Assembly (NCBI GenBank): GCA_964016885.1
Contig: OZ024760.1
Coordinates: forward strand, 13,640,001-13,704,000
Direction: 5' to 3'
Origin: Eledone cirrhosa
Lineage: Eukaryota
DNA length: 64,000 nucleotides
Shown here: positions 42,462 to 55,470 of the stretch, in pieces
Numbering within the stretch: the stretch's first letter is position 1
Layout: every line of letters starts with the position of its first letter
The notes under the pieces: generated by a model
What the model was told of the DNA's origin: nothing
Seen by the model: the letters and a program-made list of their open reading frames with translations, nothing else
Databases searched by the model: none
Program-made: the position numbers and the translations under genes

Positions 42462-42650
42462 GGGCGGTGGATTGGCAGTATCAGTAGAGGGTCTGACGCC
42501 ATGCTTTGAGCCAAGAGTTACGGCCCTTTATGGTCTCAGTTCAAATCCCACCGAGGTTAACTTTGCCTTCCATCCTTACAGGGTCGATAAAATAAAGTAC
42601 CAGTAATACACAGGGATAATTGCTGGCCTTGTACCAAAAGTAGAAACAAA
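42462..42650 (+). mobile_element. Family A SINE
   Basis: Full-length consensus match. Confidence 0.88.
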
Positions 42651-43137
42651 TATTAATATTCTACTGACTCTGTGGCACAGTAAAGGTCTCTGACATTCAG
42701 AACATCACACACACACACGGTTATCATGTCATGAATGTCTTTCATAAAAACACTGCTCAGATCAGGACTGACTTGGTTAAACAACAGCAACAACAATAAT
42801 TCCTCTTCTGCAGTCTGTCTGCCTGTCTGTCAATCACCGATTGATTTGAAAAAAAAATGAAAAATTACAAGGGTTTTCTTTTTTTACCTTTCTTTCATTC
42901 ATTCATACAGTTTCATTCTTTGCACAGATAATTATTCATTTTATTCTACATTTCAGTGTAAAATTATTAACCTCTGCCCTTCTAAAATCTGCCCTCAGTC
43001 TGTTCCACTTGCTAGCAGCTGTTTTAGGTAACATTTTGGGCATTGTGAAGTAGGAGATATTTATGTTGTTTTCATTCAGTCATTTATTATATTTGTGATT
43101 TGTAAGAGTTTACAAAAATGTTTAGCTATAGATATAG

Positions 43138-43475
43138 CTGACTTGCAAGGTGAAATGTAGATTATACCATGACTTGCAAGTCATAATATAGATTATACCA
43201 TGACTTGCAAGGTGAAACATAGATTATACCATGACTTGCCAGTCATAAGGTGGATTGTACAATGACTTGCCAGTCATAAGATAGATTATACAATGACTTG
43301 CAAGTCATAAGAAAGATTATAGCATGACTTGCAAGTCATAAAATGGCTTATACAATGACTTGCAAGTCTTAAGGGGGTTATACCATGACTTGCAAGTCAT
43401 AAGGTAGGTTATACCATGACTTGCAAGTCATAAGGTAGGTTATACCATGGCTTGCAAGTCATAAGGTAGGTTATA
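43138..43475. repeat. ~31-bp minisatellite built on the palindrome ATGACTTGCAAGTCAT, ~11 units
   Basis: Repeated tgacttgcaagtcataag...ttatacca. Confidence 0.92.
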
Positions 43476-43835
43476 TGCTTGGTTTATGAGGGTCTTTGCT
43501 GCAACCCACTTAACCCAGTTGTAAATTTGGTACTGTCCCTAAGGAAAATTATTCAATATATATATATATATATACGTGTTTTTATTTTAGTAATTGCAAT
43601 TATATTTTAGTTCTAAGCTTCGTCTGTTTTCTTCCATTACAGCTTATTAGTTGATGTATAATTTAATTCTATTGCAGTTAAATTTAACTTTCACAAGTTT
43701 CCCCTCCACCTCACTCACACCACCAAGCTTCTTCTCAATTTTTGTTTTCTTTTCAATTTTTTGTCCTTTTTCTTTCTTTTTATTTTTTAACAATAATAGA
43801 AAGAATCTAGTGTCAGGAAAATTAATAATAATAAT

Positions 43836-44018
43836 AATTGTTTCTACTTTAGGCACAAGGCCAGCAATTAACCAGTGCATTACTGGTACTTTATTTTATC
43901 GACCCCGTAAGGATGAAAGGCAAAGTCAACCTCGGCGGGATTTGAACTCAGATCGTAAAGGGACGTAACTATGCTGGAAAGCATGGCGTCCGACCCTCTA
44001 CCGGTACTGCCAATCCAC
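43836..44018 (-). mobile_element. Family A SINE
   Basis: Full-length consensus match. Confidence 0.88.
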
Positions 44019-44294
44019 TAATAATGGTTTCTCATTTTGGTTCTGGAATTTTTAGGGGAAGGGAGTTGATTATATCGACCCTAGTATTTTACTCGTACTT
44101 TATTTTATCGACTTCAGAATGGGGGAAATGCAAAGTGTACCTCAGGGGATTTCTTGGTTGTTTTAATGACAGGGTTCCCAGTCCTATTGCAGAAAGCAAC
44201 ATGAAATGAAGTATCTTGCTCAAGAATACGTGATAAAACTGATAATATATTCAAGAAAGATGTAGTCATAAAAGTGAATGAAATACACACATTC

Positions 44295-44471
44295 AGTCAT
44301 GACAGGCTTCCACAGTTTCCATCTAATAAATCTCACTCACAAGGAAGGCATTGGTTAGCCTGGTAGTCTATGGTAGAAAACACGTGCCCAAGGTACCACC
44401 ACACAGTGGAATCAAACCCTCAACCATGTGGTTCTGAAGCAAACATCTTTACACAGCCATGATTGCGCCTT
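44295..44471 (-). mobile_element. tRNA-derived SINE, family C
   Basis: Minus strand aggcgcaatcatggctgtg...gggtttgattccactgtg...ccttgggcacgtg; related fragment at ~8200-8340. Confidence 0.65.
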
Positions 44472-47400
44472 ATGTAAACACCCCCAACCCCCATCACTCT
44501 TAAAGCTCAAATTACATGTTGTCAATGAGCATGTTTGTTTGTTTAATAGATTCCATTTCTCTGTTTAAGATTGTAAAGTACATTCCGTATGGTTTAGTGA
44601 CAATAGCAACACTAGCAATAAAAACAACAACAATAGCAATAGAAACAACAATAGCAACAACAACAGCAATAATAATAGCGATATCCACATCAATAATACA
44701 ACATCAATAATATCGATACATGATCAACATCGACAATGACATCATCATCATCATATTGTCATTTCAACATCAGCAATGAAAACATCATCATTGACCATGA
44801 AAATTATCATCATCATCACTATTGACCATGACAACATATCATCATCATCATCATTGACCACGAAAATCATCAACATCACTATTGACTATGACAACATAAC
44901 TACAACAACAACAACATTGACAAACAGCCAAGTAAAATTAATTGGATATTGTATAAGTGTGTTTAGCCATATTGTAGAAGTATTGAAATTGGTATTAAGT
45001 TCTTGGAAAGATTTGTTGTTCACCAAGAAAATATCCGACATTTTCCACATCGGATTTTGGTTTCTTAAAACCAAAAAATATTAAAAATGAAAATCTTTTC
45101 TCAGAAATATTTTAATATTTTAAGAAAATATTGCACATTTTTTCTGTTTATTTCATTCTTTCTGTCTTTCTTTGTTTTTGAATGTTAAAGTAAATTGACT
45201 TAGAAGAAATATATGATATCCTAGAGAGTAAGACTGGAGGATTGCACACACACATATACATAGATACATACACATACATATGTATATATACACACACATG
45301 TACAAACATGCACACACACAGATGTATACATAGATACATACACATACATATGTATATATGCACATGCATGTAGAAACACACACACACACACACGGCCGTA
45401 TCTTTCCGTATACTTCGTTTGTTGTTAGATGTAAAATCCTATGATTTGGAACCTTTCCATAGCAATCTCGTTTCCCTGTTCATCCATATGTCACGTGGGC
45501 TTACCTCCCCTTCCAGTTCCTATGTTCTCTTCTCCAACCCGGTGTTGTTGGGTCCCAGCAATCCTGTATTTCAAGGTATATCACTCTGTTTACCATCTTT
45601 CTACTAACATTTTCTCGCCTCAAATTTCACATAGGTTAGGGCCATTAGACAGACCATGCTGTAGCTTTCTTGGGATTAAGAGGCGGCGAAGAGGTGACTT
45701 GGTATTGATTACTTTAGGATCGAAAGAGGAAGGAAATTTTCTGGTCATGTTTAGATATCGAACCAATAGTATCACTGGTATGACTGATGATGCTACAGGA
45801 TCAACTACTACAACAACAACAGTACCAATAATGACAACAACAACACCACCACCAACACTGTCAACAGTACTGATACCTACAACTACAACAATGACAACCA
45901 CACTAATACCAGCTCAACAATATCACCAACACCAATAACACCAGCACCTACATCACCACCGCCACTACCAACAATAACATCAACAGTATCACCGCCGCCA
46001 CCACCAACAACAACAACACTGACACCACCAACAGCAACAACAAGAATGTTGAATATTTATTTATAGCAGACTTTGATCCAAAAGGAATATAGGACATTGT
46101 TGATTGTGTGTGTCTGTATATGTCCGTATGTGTGTGTGTACATGTATGTAGGTATGTACTTGTTTGTTTGTGTGTGTGCATGTGTATGTCTCTGTGTGTG
46201 TATATATATACAAACACACATATATTTACACGGCAAACTGTGTGTGCCAGGGAAATGTTTCCATATTCATCATTCTGCCAGTCTGTGTATGTATATATAT
46301 ATATATGTATGCGTATATATATTGTGTTTGTGCATATATGTGTGAACTATTTCCAATTCTGTGAGTATGCGTGCGATGTATATATATGTATGTGTGTGTG
46401 TGTGAGTGGCCTCATAACAGGATTAAAGATTAGGATTATTTCAATTAATCCCATTTCACTGACCTTTCACTATTTCACATAAGTAGATTTATGATGAGCT
46501 GTGTGTGTGGTGGTTGTGTGTGTGTGGTGGTTGTGTGTGTGTGATGGCTGTCTGTATGTGTGTGTGAGTGGTGGCTGTCTGCATGTGTGGTGGTTGTGTG
46601 ATTATGTGTGGGGGGATGTATGTATGTGTATGTGGTTGTGTATTTTTACTTAAAGTAATTTGTCTGCATTTTTCTTTGCTGGCAACTTTCTCTGGTGTGA
46701 GAATGTTTTAAAAATCTATTTGATACTACATATGAGAGAGAGAGTAGTGTATGTGAGAGATAGAGAGTAGTATGTGAGAGATAGCGAGTAGTGTGTGAGA
46801 GAGAGAGAGTCAAATGGTTGGCATTAGGAAGGACATCCAACCATAAGACCCATACCAAAATGTAGAACATCTGAAGAAGATGTCTCTCTCTCTCTGATCT
46901 GTCGAGTCTTTAGCCATATCTGCTGCATTTTGGAAAGTGGACAACGTAAAGTGATGTTGATATAGCTTTGATATTACTTTGTTATTGTGGAATAGGGAAG
47001 CAATTTTAGTTGCCTGGAACTCTAAACTACTATGATTCTCATCATAACTACCTGTTGCTTCATGACTGTCGAATGGTGAAGCAATTTTAGATGCCTGGTA
47101 GTCTATACTACTGTGATTGCCAACATAAGTAGCTGTAGCTTTGTTATTGTGGATCAGTGACTACCTGTAATACCTGAAAACAGGTGTCTTTCTAATGTTC
47201 CATTGAACTAATCAATGCAGAATTTCCTCACTATTTACCAAACATTAAACATTTACCTTTTGTCATCTGATCATTGTTACAAAATTGTTAATCACAGAGA
47301 AGCTTTTGTGGTTTTACTACACTCCCTTCCCCCCCTCTCTCTCCTACCCCATCTCTCTCACCTTCTCTCTCTATATATATATATTTACACCCTCATTCTC

Positions 47401-48848
47401 TCTCCTACACACCCCTATCACTTAGAATGTGTTGATTGTAGTGTCAATTAATCAGTATATTGGAATTGTTGATCTGGAGGTGGTGATGGTGATTGCAGTG
47501 GTAGTACAGGTGGCTGTAGTGGTACTGGTGGTGATGATAGTGCTGGTGGATGTAGTGGTGGTGCTGCTGCTACAGACCTGCCAACCAGAATTCAACAGTT
47601 CCCAGTTACATAATTTACTGAAGTCAGAGAAAAGGAAAAAAATATATTTCACTGGGATATTTTACTAATATATCACTGGGATTTTCACTGGAAATATATT
47701 TTAACCTGATTTTCTTTATTTGTTCCATTGTGCTCTGAGTTCAAATCCTGCTGAGGTCAACTTTGACTTTTGTCTTTTTTATTAATTGTAAAATCTTCAA
47801 AATTCTTCATTAATTGATAGAAATAATGTATCCATTAGAAATATGGACAGGAAAGAGATAGACATAACAGAAAGCAAATACAACAAATATATCATCATCA
47901 TCATGTCCACTTTCCCTGTTAACAAGGGTTGGACTGGTCTACATAGACCAAGTCAGTACTGAAGCAGGGCTACTGACCTCCCAAATAGGCCAGGCATATG
48001 TCATCTCACCTATGTTCCCAGCAAGGGTTGGACTGGTCTACATAGACCAAGTCAGTACTGAAGTAGGGCTACTGATCTCCCAGACAAACCAGGGATATGA
48101 GAATGAAAACTCAACAAACATCGCAACCCCTGTAACAAACTAAAAAGACATGTCTTTATATTCGTTATAAAAGCTAGAATAAGGTGAATCCAAAATTTTT
48201 TCCAACACCAAAGAGATTCTTCTATTACTTTTTATTTTAATTTTATTTTATTTTATTTTTTGTCTGTTGTTTTCCAGCTGTTGTTCTTTGTTTTTTTTAT
48301 TTATTCATTTAATTTATTTTATTTTGTTATGGCAGAAATAAAATGCATGTATAACCTTTTTTTCTGCTGCTAGACTGTGGAATGAAGCTACTCCAAAATA
48401 TTCCTGATTGTGCTACTACTACTACTACTACTATCAATACTACAAAGATTGGCTTTTTTTCTGTCTTTCATTCTTTATCTTTCTTCGAACACTAATTTGT
48501 AGCTCTTACTACTACTACTTCTACTACTACTACTTCTTTTAAGTTTTATTATGCACTTTAGTGAGTTGTGAATGTAAAAAAAAAAGCAAAACCAAAAATA
48601 CAGCAACAGCAAAAAGGAAAGGAAAATCCAGCCTTATTATATTTGAGTCAATCGCTAGCCTTGCATGCTAAAATTAGTAACAACTGACCCTTTTTTTTTC
48701 TTTCTGACCCTTATTGTTTTTTTTCTTGTGCTTAAAATGTAGCTGCCACTTGGGATGATCAGACGTACTAGTCTCCCCATAACGATCAGGTGCGTAATAA
48801 TATAACTATCGCTTCTTTTATATATACATGTATGTATATGTATATAAA

Positions 48849-48956
<108 letters not shown>

Positions 48957-49042
48957 TATAAATATATATTCATATATATAGATATATATGTCTATATTTA
49001 TATGTATGAATATAGATATATGAATATATATATGTCTATATT

Positions 49043-49080
<38 letters not shown>

Positions 49081-49564
49081 TCCCCACCAATCCTTTTATA
49101 CCAAACCTCCTTGGTTCAGTTTTGCTTTCTCTATTTAGTTACTGCATGCAAATGCTTGCAACATTTCATGCAATCATTTTGGCTTTTTGCATTGAATCCT
49201 TCCTCAACCCTCACCTCCTCCTTTCTCCTCTTCTGCCTTGCTTCTCTGAGAATTTTTACTAAAAAAAAAAAAATAATAATAAAATAACTAAAATTAAAAA
49301 CAAAGAATTCTGAGCATCGTGGACATGAAATTTACTCACATATGTGTGTGTGTGTGTATGTGTGTTATGCTTCTAGCCTGAAAACCCCTTGTTTTTCTGA
49401 CCCTTTAAAATCCTGCCCTATTACTTATCTCTATATGTTGTGTGTTTCTTACTGGTTTGATGTGAAAATAACCCCATTGAAATTGTGCTTCTCTAACATT
49501 GTGTTTTTATTAACCACAATTACACTGTAGAGTTGAGTTTCTCTCTCTCTAATATACATACATT

Positions 49565-49690
49565 GCAACAGGTTTATATCCATAGCAACAGGTTTACATA
49601 CATAGCAACAGGCTTACATACATAGCAACAGGCTTACATATATAGCAACAGGCTTATATATATAGCAACAGATCCATAGTAACAGGGTTC
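49565..49690. repeat. 20-bp minisatellite (catagcaacaggcttacata)
   Basis: About 6 units. Confidence 0.9.
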
Positions 49691-50552
49691 TAATGTCCCT
49701 CTAATTCATAGCAATCGGTTTATGTATTGTCCCTCTAACACTCAATAACCTTATGTTGTCCCACTAGTATTAGTAACAGGGTTCTATTGTGCCCTCTAGT
49801 TCTTATATAAGAATAGGCTTATGTTGTCCCACTAGTATTAGTAATAGTATGCCTCTCCTACTATATTCCAGGTCAATTTTAGTACCTTTAAATAAAGGAT
49901 TTAGAAAATGTCCCTATGGCTATTTATTATAAATTTTCATAAATATCAGTTAAATACAATAATAAATTTCTTAGCCTTTTCCTCTGCCTCACTTCCTATT
50001 TTGATTGGAAGTATGGCTTTGAAAAATATATTTATTAAATCAAAGAAAAATTATAGTTGGACCAATCATATTTACACACCAACAAAGTGGATCCTAACCT
50101 GTATAAAATCTATGGTAGATAGAGGGTGCTGAATGTTGTTAATATATTCTTAATAAAAACAGCTTCCAGTCTGTTTAAATTCATTTTATGGTTTGTTAAA
50201 GAATGGTGAAAGTTGTTAACAGATTTCTAAAATAATGGCAAAGTTCCAGAAACGATATGGATAAACCACATGTACTTAGCTCCTTTTAAAAGATGCACAC
50301 ACACACATGGAATTATGGCTGGAACCTACATCAAAAAACATAGCCTGAGTGGAAAAGAAAAAAAATAAGCAAAGAATTGCCATGAATATTTTGATTTCAA
50401 AAATATCATCATCATCATCATCATCATAGTTGTTTAATGTCTTTCACAGAACCAGAATTGGATATAGGGTGGATATATCCATAATCCCTTTGTGGCCATA
50501 TTACTAATGAAATACATTGTATTTTATTTATTAAAGAATCTTATTAATTGAC

Positions 50553-50772
50553 ATGGATTGACAGTATCAGTAGAGCACCAGACAACGTTTTGCAACCTAT
50601 AGTTACAGCCCTTTACGTTCTGAGTTCATATCCTGCTGAGTTTAGCTTTGTTTTGCTTTTCATTCTTATGGGGTTGATAAAATAAAGTACCAGTAACACA
50701 CTGGAGTTGATATAGTCGACACTTCCCTTCCCCCAAATTGTTTGCCTTATGCCTTAATAAGAAACCATTATT
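50553..50772 (+). mobile_element. Diverged family A SINE
   Basis: ctttcattcttatggggttgataaaataaagtaccag body and gagttca B-box remnant. Confidence 0.75.
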
Positions 50773-52483
50773 AAGATAGTGCATCAAATTATGTTGGAAA
50801 GTTTTTAACTTAAATAAGAAGCCCTTAATTGGAGGGGGGGGGGGCTTTCACAGAACCAGAGTCAGGGTTTTGTATGAAAAGGGTTAAATGTCAGTACATG
50901 CATGTCCAGTTTATGGTCATTGTTGTTTACCTTCATTGATCTCTTGGTCTCTTTGATAATTGCATCATAATGTGACTGCCCCCACCTCATCACCTCTCTC
51001 TTCACACACACTCATCCATGTCACGTCAGAGTATTTGCTTGTGAAACATCTGTTGTTTTTCTACTTTGTTGTCATGATTATTTTTATAGAAATCTGTACT
51101 GACATTGTTGTTGTTAGTCATCATCATCATCACCGTCATATGCTCCAGTCTTCTGGGTATGTCACATTTTTTTTTACTTATATAATTAAGGTGGCCATCT
51201 GCTTCCAATGAGTAATTTGGTAAATAAGACATCTAATTAAAAATATTCATTCCTATTTGATGGTCTGTCTGTCTTTATGAATGCCTGTCTGTCTGTCTGA
51301 TAAATATATACATATATAATAAGGTAATTTGTATATTTGTTAACCTTTGAAACATTGGTCCCTTGTTGGGTGTGCTGTCCCCAGGGCTGAGTCGTTGCTC
51401 AGAAATCACTGAAAAAATGATTGATATTCATCAATTAAACAAAAATATATAAAATAAAATAAATAAAAAATATGTACAAAGTTGATAAAAATTAAGTTTG
51501 AAAGATTGAGGCTAAGTCAATAATTTGCTGAGGTTTGTAGATATTATTGTAAATAACAGTTGTAAATAGAAGTGTGTGGTTGAATAGTGTGCTGGGTTAG
51601 TATAGGAGATAGTTACATATTGGTGGTGGAATACTGGGATATAGTCACATTAGTACTGATACTGGGGTATAGTCACATATATAGTCATTGGAATACTGGG
51701 CTAGTATAGGATATAGTCACATATTGTTGGTGCTGGAATACTGAGATGTATGTAAAATGGAGGTGTGACTTAACACACAAGACACCACTATCATCGTTTA
51801 ACCTCCACTTCCTCTGCTAGCAAAGGTTGGACATGTATATAGTATATCAGTAATAATCTTAGGAAAGGCATGAACACCACGACTTCTATTTCTTCACTCT
51901 ACTAAAGATGATCAAGCCAATTGATAATAGTTAAATATTGATCTCTGTATTGATAATAGTTAACTGACTGATTGGTGTATTGGTTTAATTAGAAAGTATG
52001 TCTCGTTAACGTATATTTTGATAGGAACTGTTGCTGTAAACATTGATTCATTGATTATGTGCGATTGGTTTCTGTGTGATTTACTTTCCTCTCTTGTGTA
52101 AACAGCTGCTCTGGCAGCCATTGAGGCAGCGGCTTCTACTAGATGGCTTCACATAGACTGTGGCCATGCTGGGGCATATTGACTTAAACTGACTCTCTCT
52201 CATTAGACTGTGGCCATGCTGGGGCACCACCTTGAAGAGATTTTGTTGATCATATTGACTTAAATCCTTTAGTAGCCTTACATATGTTTCAGTACCTGTT
52301 CGTTATCTAATATATTTGTTATTACAGTTTAGTAAAATATATTAAGTACAACAAAGCATTAATAAATATTGTACATCATCAGAAGCAATATAAATGATTA
52401 TACAATGACAAACTTATTAATCAGTAAACACCCAGAAGACAAAAATGTGTTGTACTGTGAGAGGACTAGATCTTTATATATAT

Positions 52484-52795
52484 ATATTATTCAAAATATT
52501 AATAAATGAAAATATTCTCATAATCAAAATATATATTTTATTATACATATTTCAAAGGTACAATGGTGTTTAAGTCCGTTTTCATCAGACAAAATATAAG
52601 ATTTGATATGCAACATACCGCTACGGTTTTGATTATTCAATTCCAATCAAAACCGTAGCGGTATGTCGCATATCAAATCTTATATTTTGTCTGATGAAAA
52701 CGTGCTTAAACACCATTGTACTTTTGAAATATGTATAATAAAATATATATTTTGATTATGAGAATATTTTCATTTATTAATATTTTGAATAATAT
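52484..52795. repeat. Long palindrome: 151-bp arms, 10-nt loop, ~4 mismatches
   Basis: 52484-52634 is the reverse complement of 52645-52795. Confidence 0.95.
52681..52747 (+). ncRNA. Type-I hammerhead-like motif (mirror copy on the minus strand in the left arm)
   Basis: tatattttgt-CUGAUGA-[imperfect stem II]-GAA-AUAUGUAU-A-ataaaatata; 10-bp stem I, self-complementary stem III, AUA triplet. Confidence 0.65.
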
Positions 52796-52886
52796 TAAAT
52801 ACTCCAAGAAAATCTCCTGTCGAGTGCTTCTAATCTATTTTAAAATTGTATTCGTTGAATAATCAACGAACCATATTAATCTTTGG

Positions 52887-52933
<47 letters not shown>

Positions 52934-53800
52934 GTTCATTTGGGGCTACTTTGTAACACAATTTTCTGAATGTTGTACTAGTTTGTTCAGTCCTTCAGAT
53001 TCTGCTATCTCTGAAGACAAGTGGAAATACTGATATAACATAGTAGTGGTAGTAGTAGTAGTAGTGGTGTTGGTGGTATTCGTATTTTTATTGGTGTACA
53101 GCTGTAAATTCTCATTTGTCACATACATGCTACCACATACACATACAAACACCTACATACAAACTACAACACACACACATACTATATCACACATTACTAC
53201 ACACACACATAATATATATGCACACACACACACACACATATATATATGTATATATACATACACACAGGGGTGGGGGGTCTTCCACACCGTTTCACTCAGA
53301 AGGCATAAGTGTGTGTATATATATTATGACATAGGTGTATATGTTATATGACATGGGTGTATATATATATATATATATATATTATATGACATTGGTGTGT
53401 ATATATATATGACATGAATTATTTAAAAGGTAAGAGCTGTATGTGTAGGTGTGGATGCATATGTGTACATGTGTGAGTATATGTGCACATGTGCTTATGT
53501 GTGTGTGTAGGTGCAGCAATTAAAGAGAATGGTGTAAACAAAAGCTAGCTCGATATAAGAGACATTAAAGAGTGTTGGAGATGAGTCAGTCATTAATAAC
53601 CTGAAACACCATATCAGGGATTAAACCTTGCATAGTTGATCAGTGATAATTGTGTTTACTTTCAAACCAACACATAATGTCGTGGCCAGAGAACAGACAT
53701 ACTTGACTCTTATCAAGTAAATAAACAGGACTTTGGAGTTATTCAATGATATCTTTGTCTAACGAAGGACATTACCACATTACTGGTTGTTATTTTAGTC

Positions 53801-54016
53801 TTGAACTCAGATCGTAAAGGCGCATAACTATGCTGGAAAGCAGGTCTGCAGTATTGGTAGAGGGTCGGATATGCTTTCCAGCATAGTTACGTCCCTATAC
53901 GATCTGAGTTCAAATCCCGCCGAGGTTAACTTTGCCTTTCATCCATACGGGGTCAATAAAATAAAGTACCAGTAATGTACTGGTTAATTGCTGGCCTTGT
54001 GCCAAAAGTAGAAACT
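53801..54016 (+). mobile_element. Family A SINE preceded by an inverted 42-bp fragment of itself
   Basis: 53801-53842 pairs with ~53872-53913. Confidence 0.85.
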
Positions 54017-55199
54017 ATTTTAGAAATTATTTTAGTCTCGTTTGTATTCATTAATATTGCATTTTGTACTTGTCTAGACCTTAGCAGTACTGGTACTATG
54101 ATAAAAAAGAACTTAGTTCACTCTATATGTTGGTAGTGTTGGTGCCACAATAAAAAGCATGTATTGTGTCTTATGTTAAGTTATCAATGTATTGTGCTAT
54201 GTTGAACCACCAATGTATTGTGTCTTATGTTGAGCTACCAATATATCATGTCTTATGTTGAGCCACCAATGTATTGTGTTATGTTGAGCCACCAATATAT
54301 CATCTCTTATGTTGAGCCACTAATGTATTGTGTTCTAACAACTCTGCTAAGTCACTTTAAAAATGAGGTTAATACTCTAATAATATTGGCAGCAGCAACA
54401 GCGACAATAGTAGTAGTGGTTGTAGCAGTAGGGGTTGTAGTAGTAGCAGTAGTGATGGTGGTTATGGTTGTATTAGTAGTGGTGGTGGTGGCGATTATAG
54501 TAATAATAGTGGTGGTGGTGGTGGTGGTTGCAGCAGTAGTAGTAATAGTAGCATTAGTAGTACTACTGGTTGTAGTAATAGTAGTAGCAGCAGCAGTAGT
54601 AATAGTAGCAGTAATAGTAATAGCTGTAATTAATGTCACTGTTATTTAGCCATTTCATAACTTCTGTTTTCATAAATTTTCTTTGCTAAGGTGGTTGAAT
54701 GTTAAATATTCATGATGACTTGTTGCTATAGCAACGGACATTCTCTATAACTATTAGCTTCTTCATCTTAGCTGTGTTTTGTCTGCTACACTGTGTATTG
54801 GCAGTGGCTATATATCTTTACATACATATATATACATATGTATGAACATATCTATGTACATACATACATGGTGGCTGCCAACTCGTTTTCGAGTACGGCC
54901 ACTACTTTATATCCATGTAGAAGAACCCCTACCGATGCGCTGAATGAGTGTGACTTTTTAGTCCAGCCAGCGACTTGAAAACTCTGGTACAAACACTACA
55001 CTTGTGACAATTATTGACATATAGTGCTGGGCCCATGGTACCATGTGACGACAAGTGCAGAGAGATCTCCAGATATAAAGCAATGCCTGTGCCGTGAAGC
55101 TTTTATAGTGAGCAAAGGCACTGCACAAAGCCAGTCCCACTCTCTTAACCAAGATGATATTTACCAAAAAGAAGAACAAGTCAACATCATTGGATACCA

Positions 55200-55470
55200 T
55201 CAGGGTTGCAGGTGTTATATCAGAGTTTTCCTTCTCCTAGAATTCTGCCTTGGCAAAGGCTAAGGGGTCATCTCTCCCGGTGATTTTGGATGGCCATTGA
55301 CTCTTAAGAGCTCTTTTGCCCTTTGACAGGTTTTGGTTTTAGTCCTGCAGGATGTCCAAAGTCACCCTCCTCACCAAGAAACCTTGGTGGGGTTGCCAGT
55401 TTAGTCGCCAACAACCCGACCATGAGACAGGTTGTACTGGGATACATGTTACCAGTAGCACCAACTGGTG
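55200..55470 (-). mobile_element. Possible RTE-type LINE 5' UTR remnant
   Basis: Minus strand ...ctaggagaaggaaaactctga and ggcgactaaactggcaacccc resemble RTE 5' regions as recalled; not verified. Confidence 0.35.

Noticed and set aside
43138-43475. CRISPR-like spaced palindromic repeats
   Set aside because: Spacers are ~15 bp and homologous to each other, there are no cas genes, and the context is eukaryotic.
45395-45938. 165-aa ORF or LINE endonuclease remnant
   Set aside because: No recognisable motif, ends in (ACA)n low complexity; similarity too weak to call.
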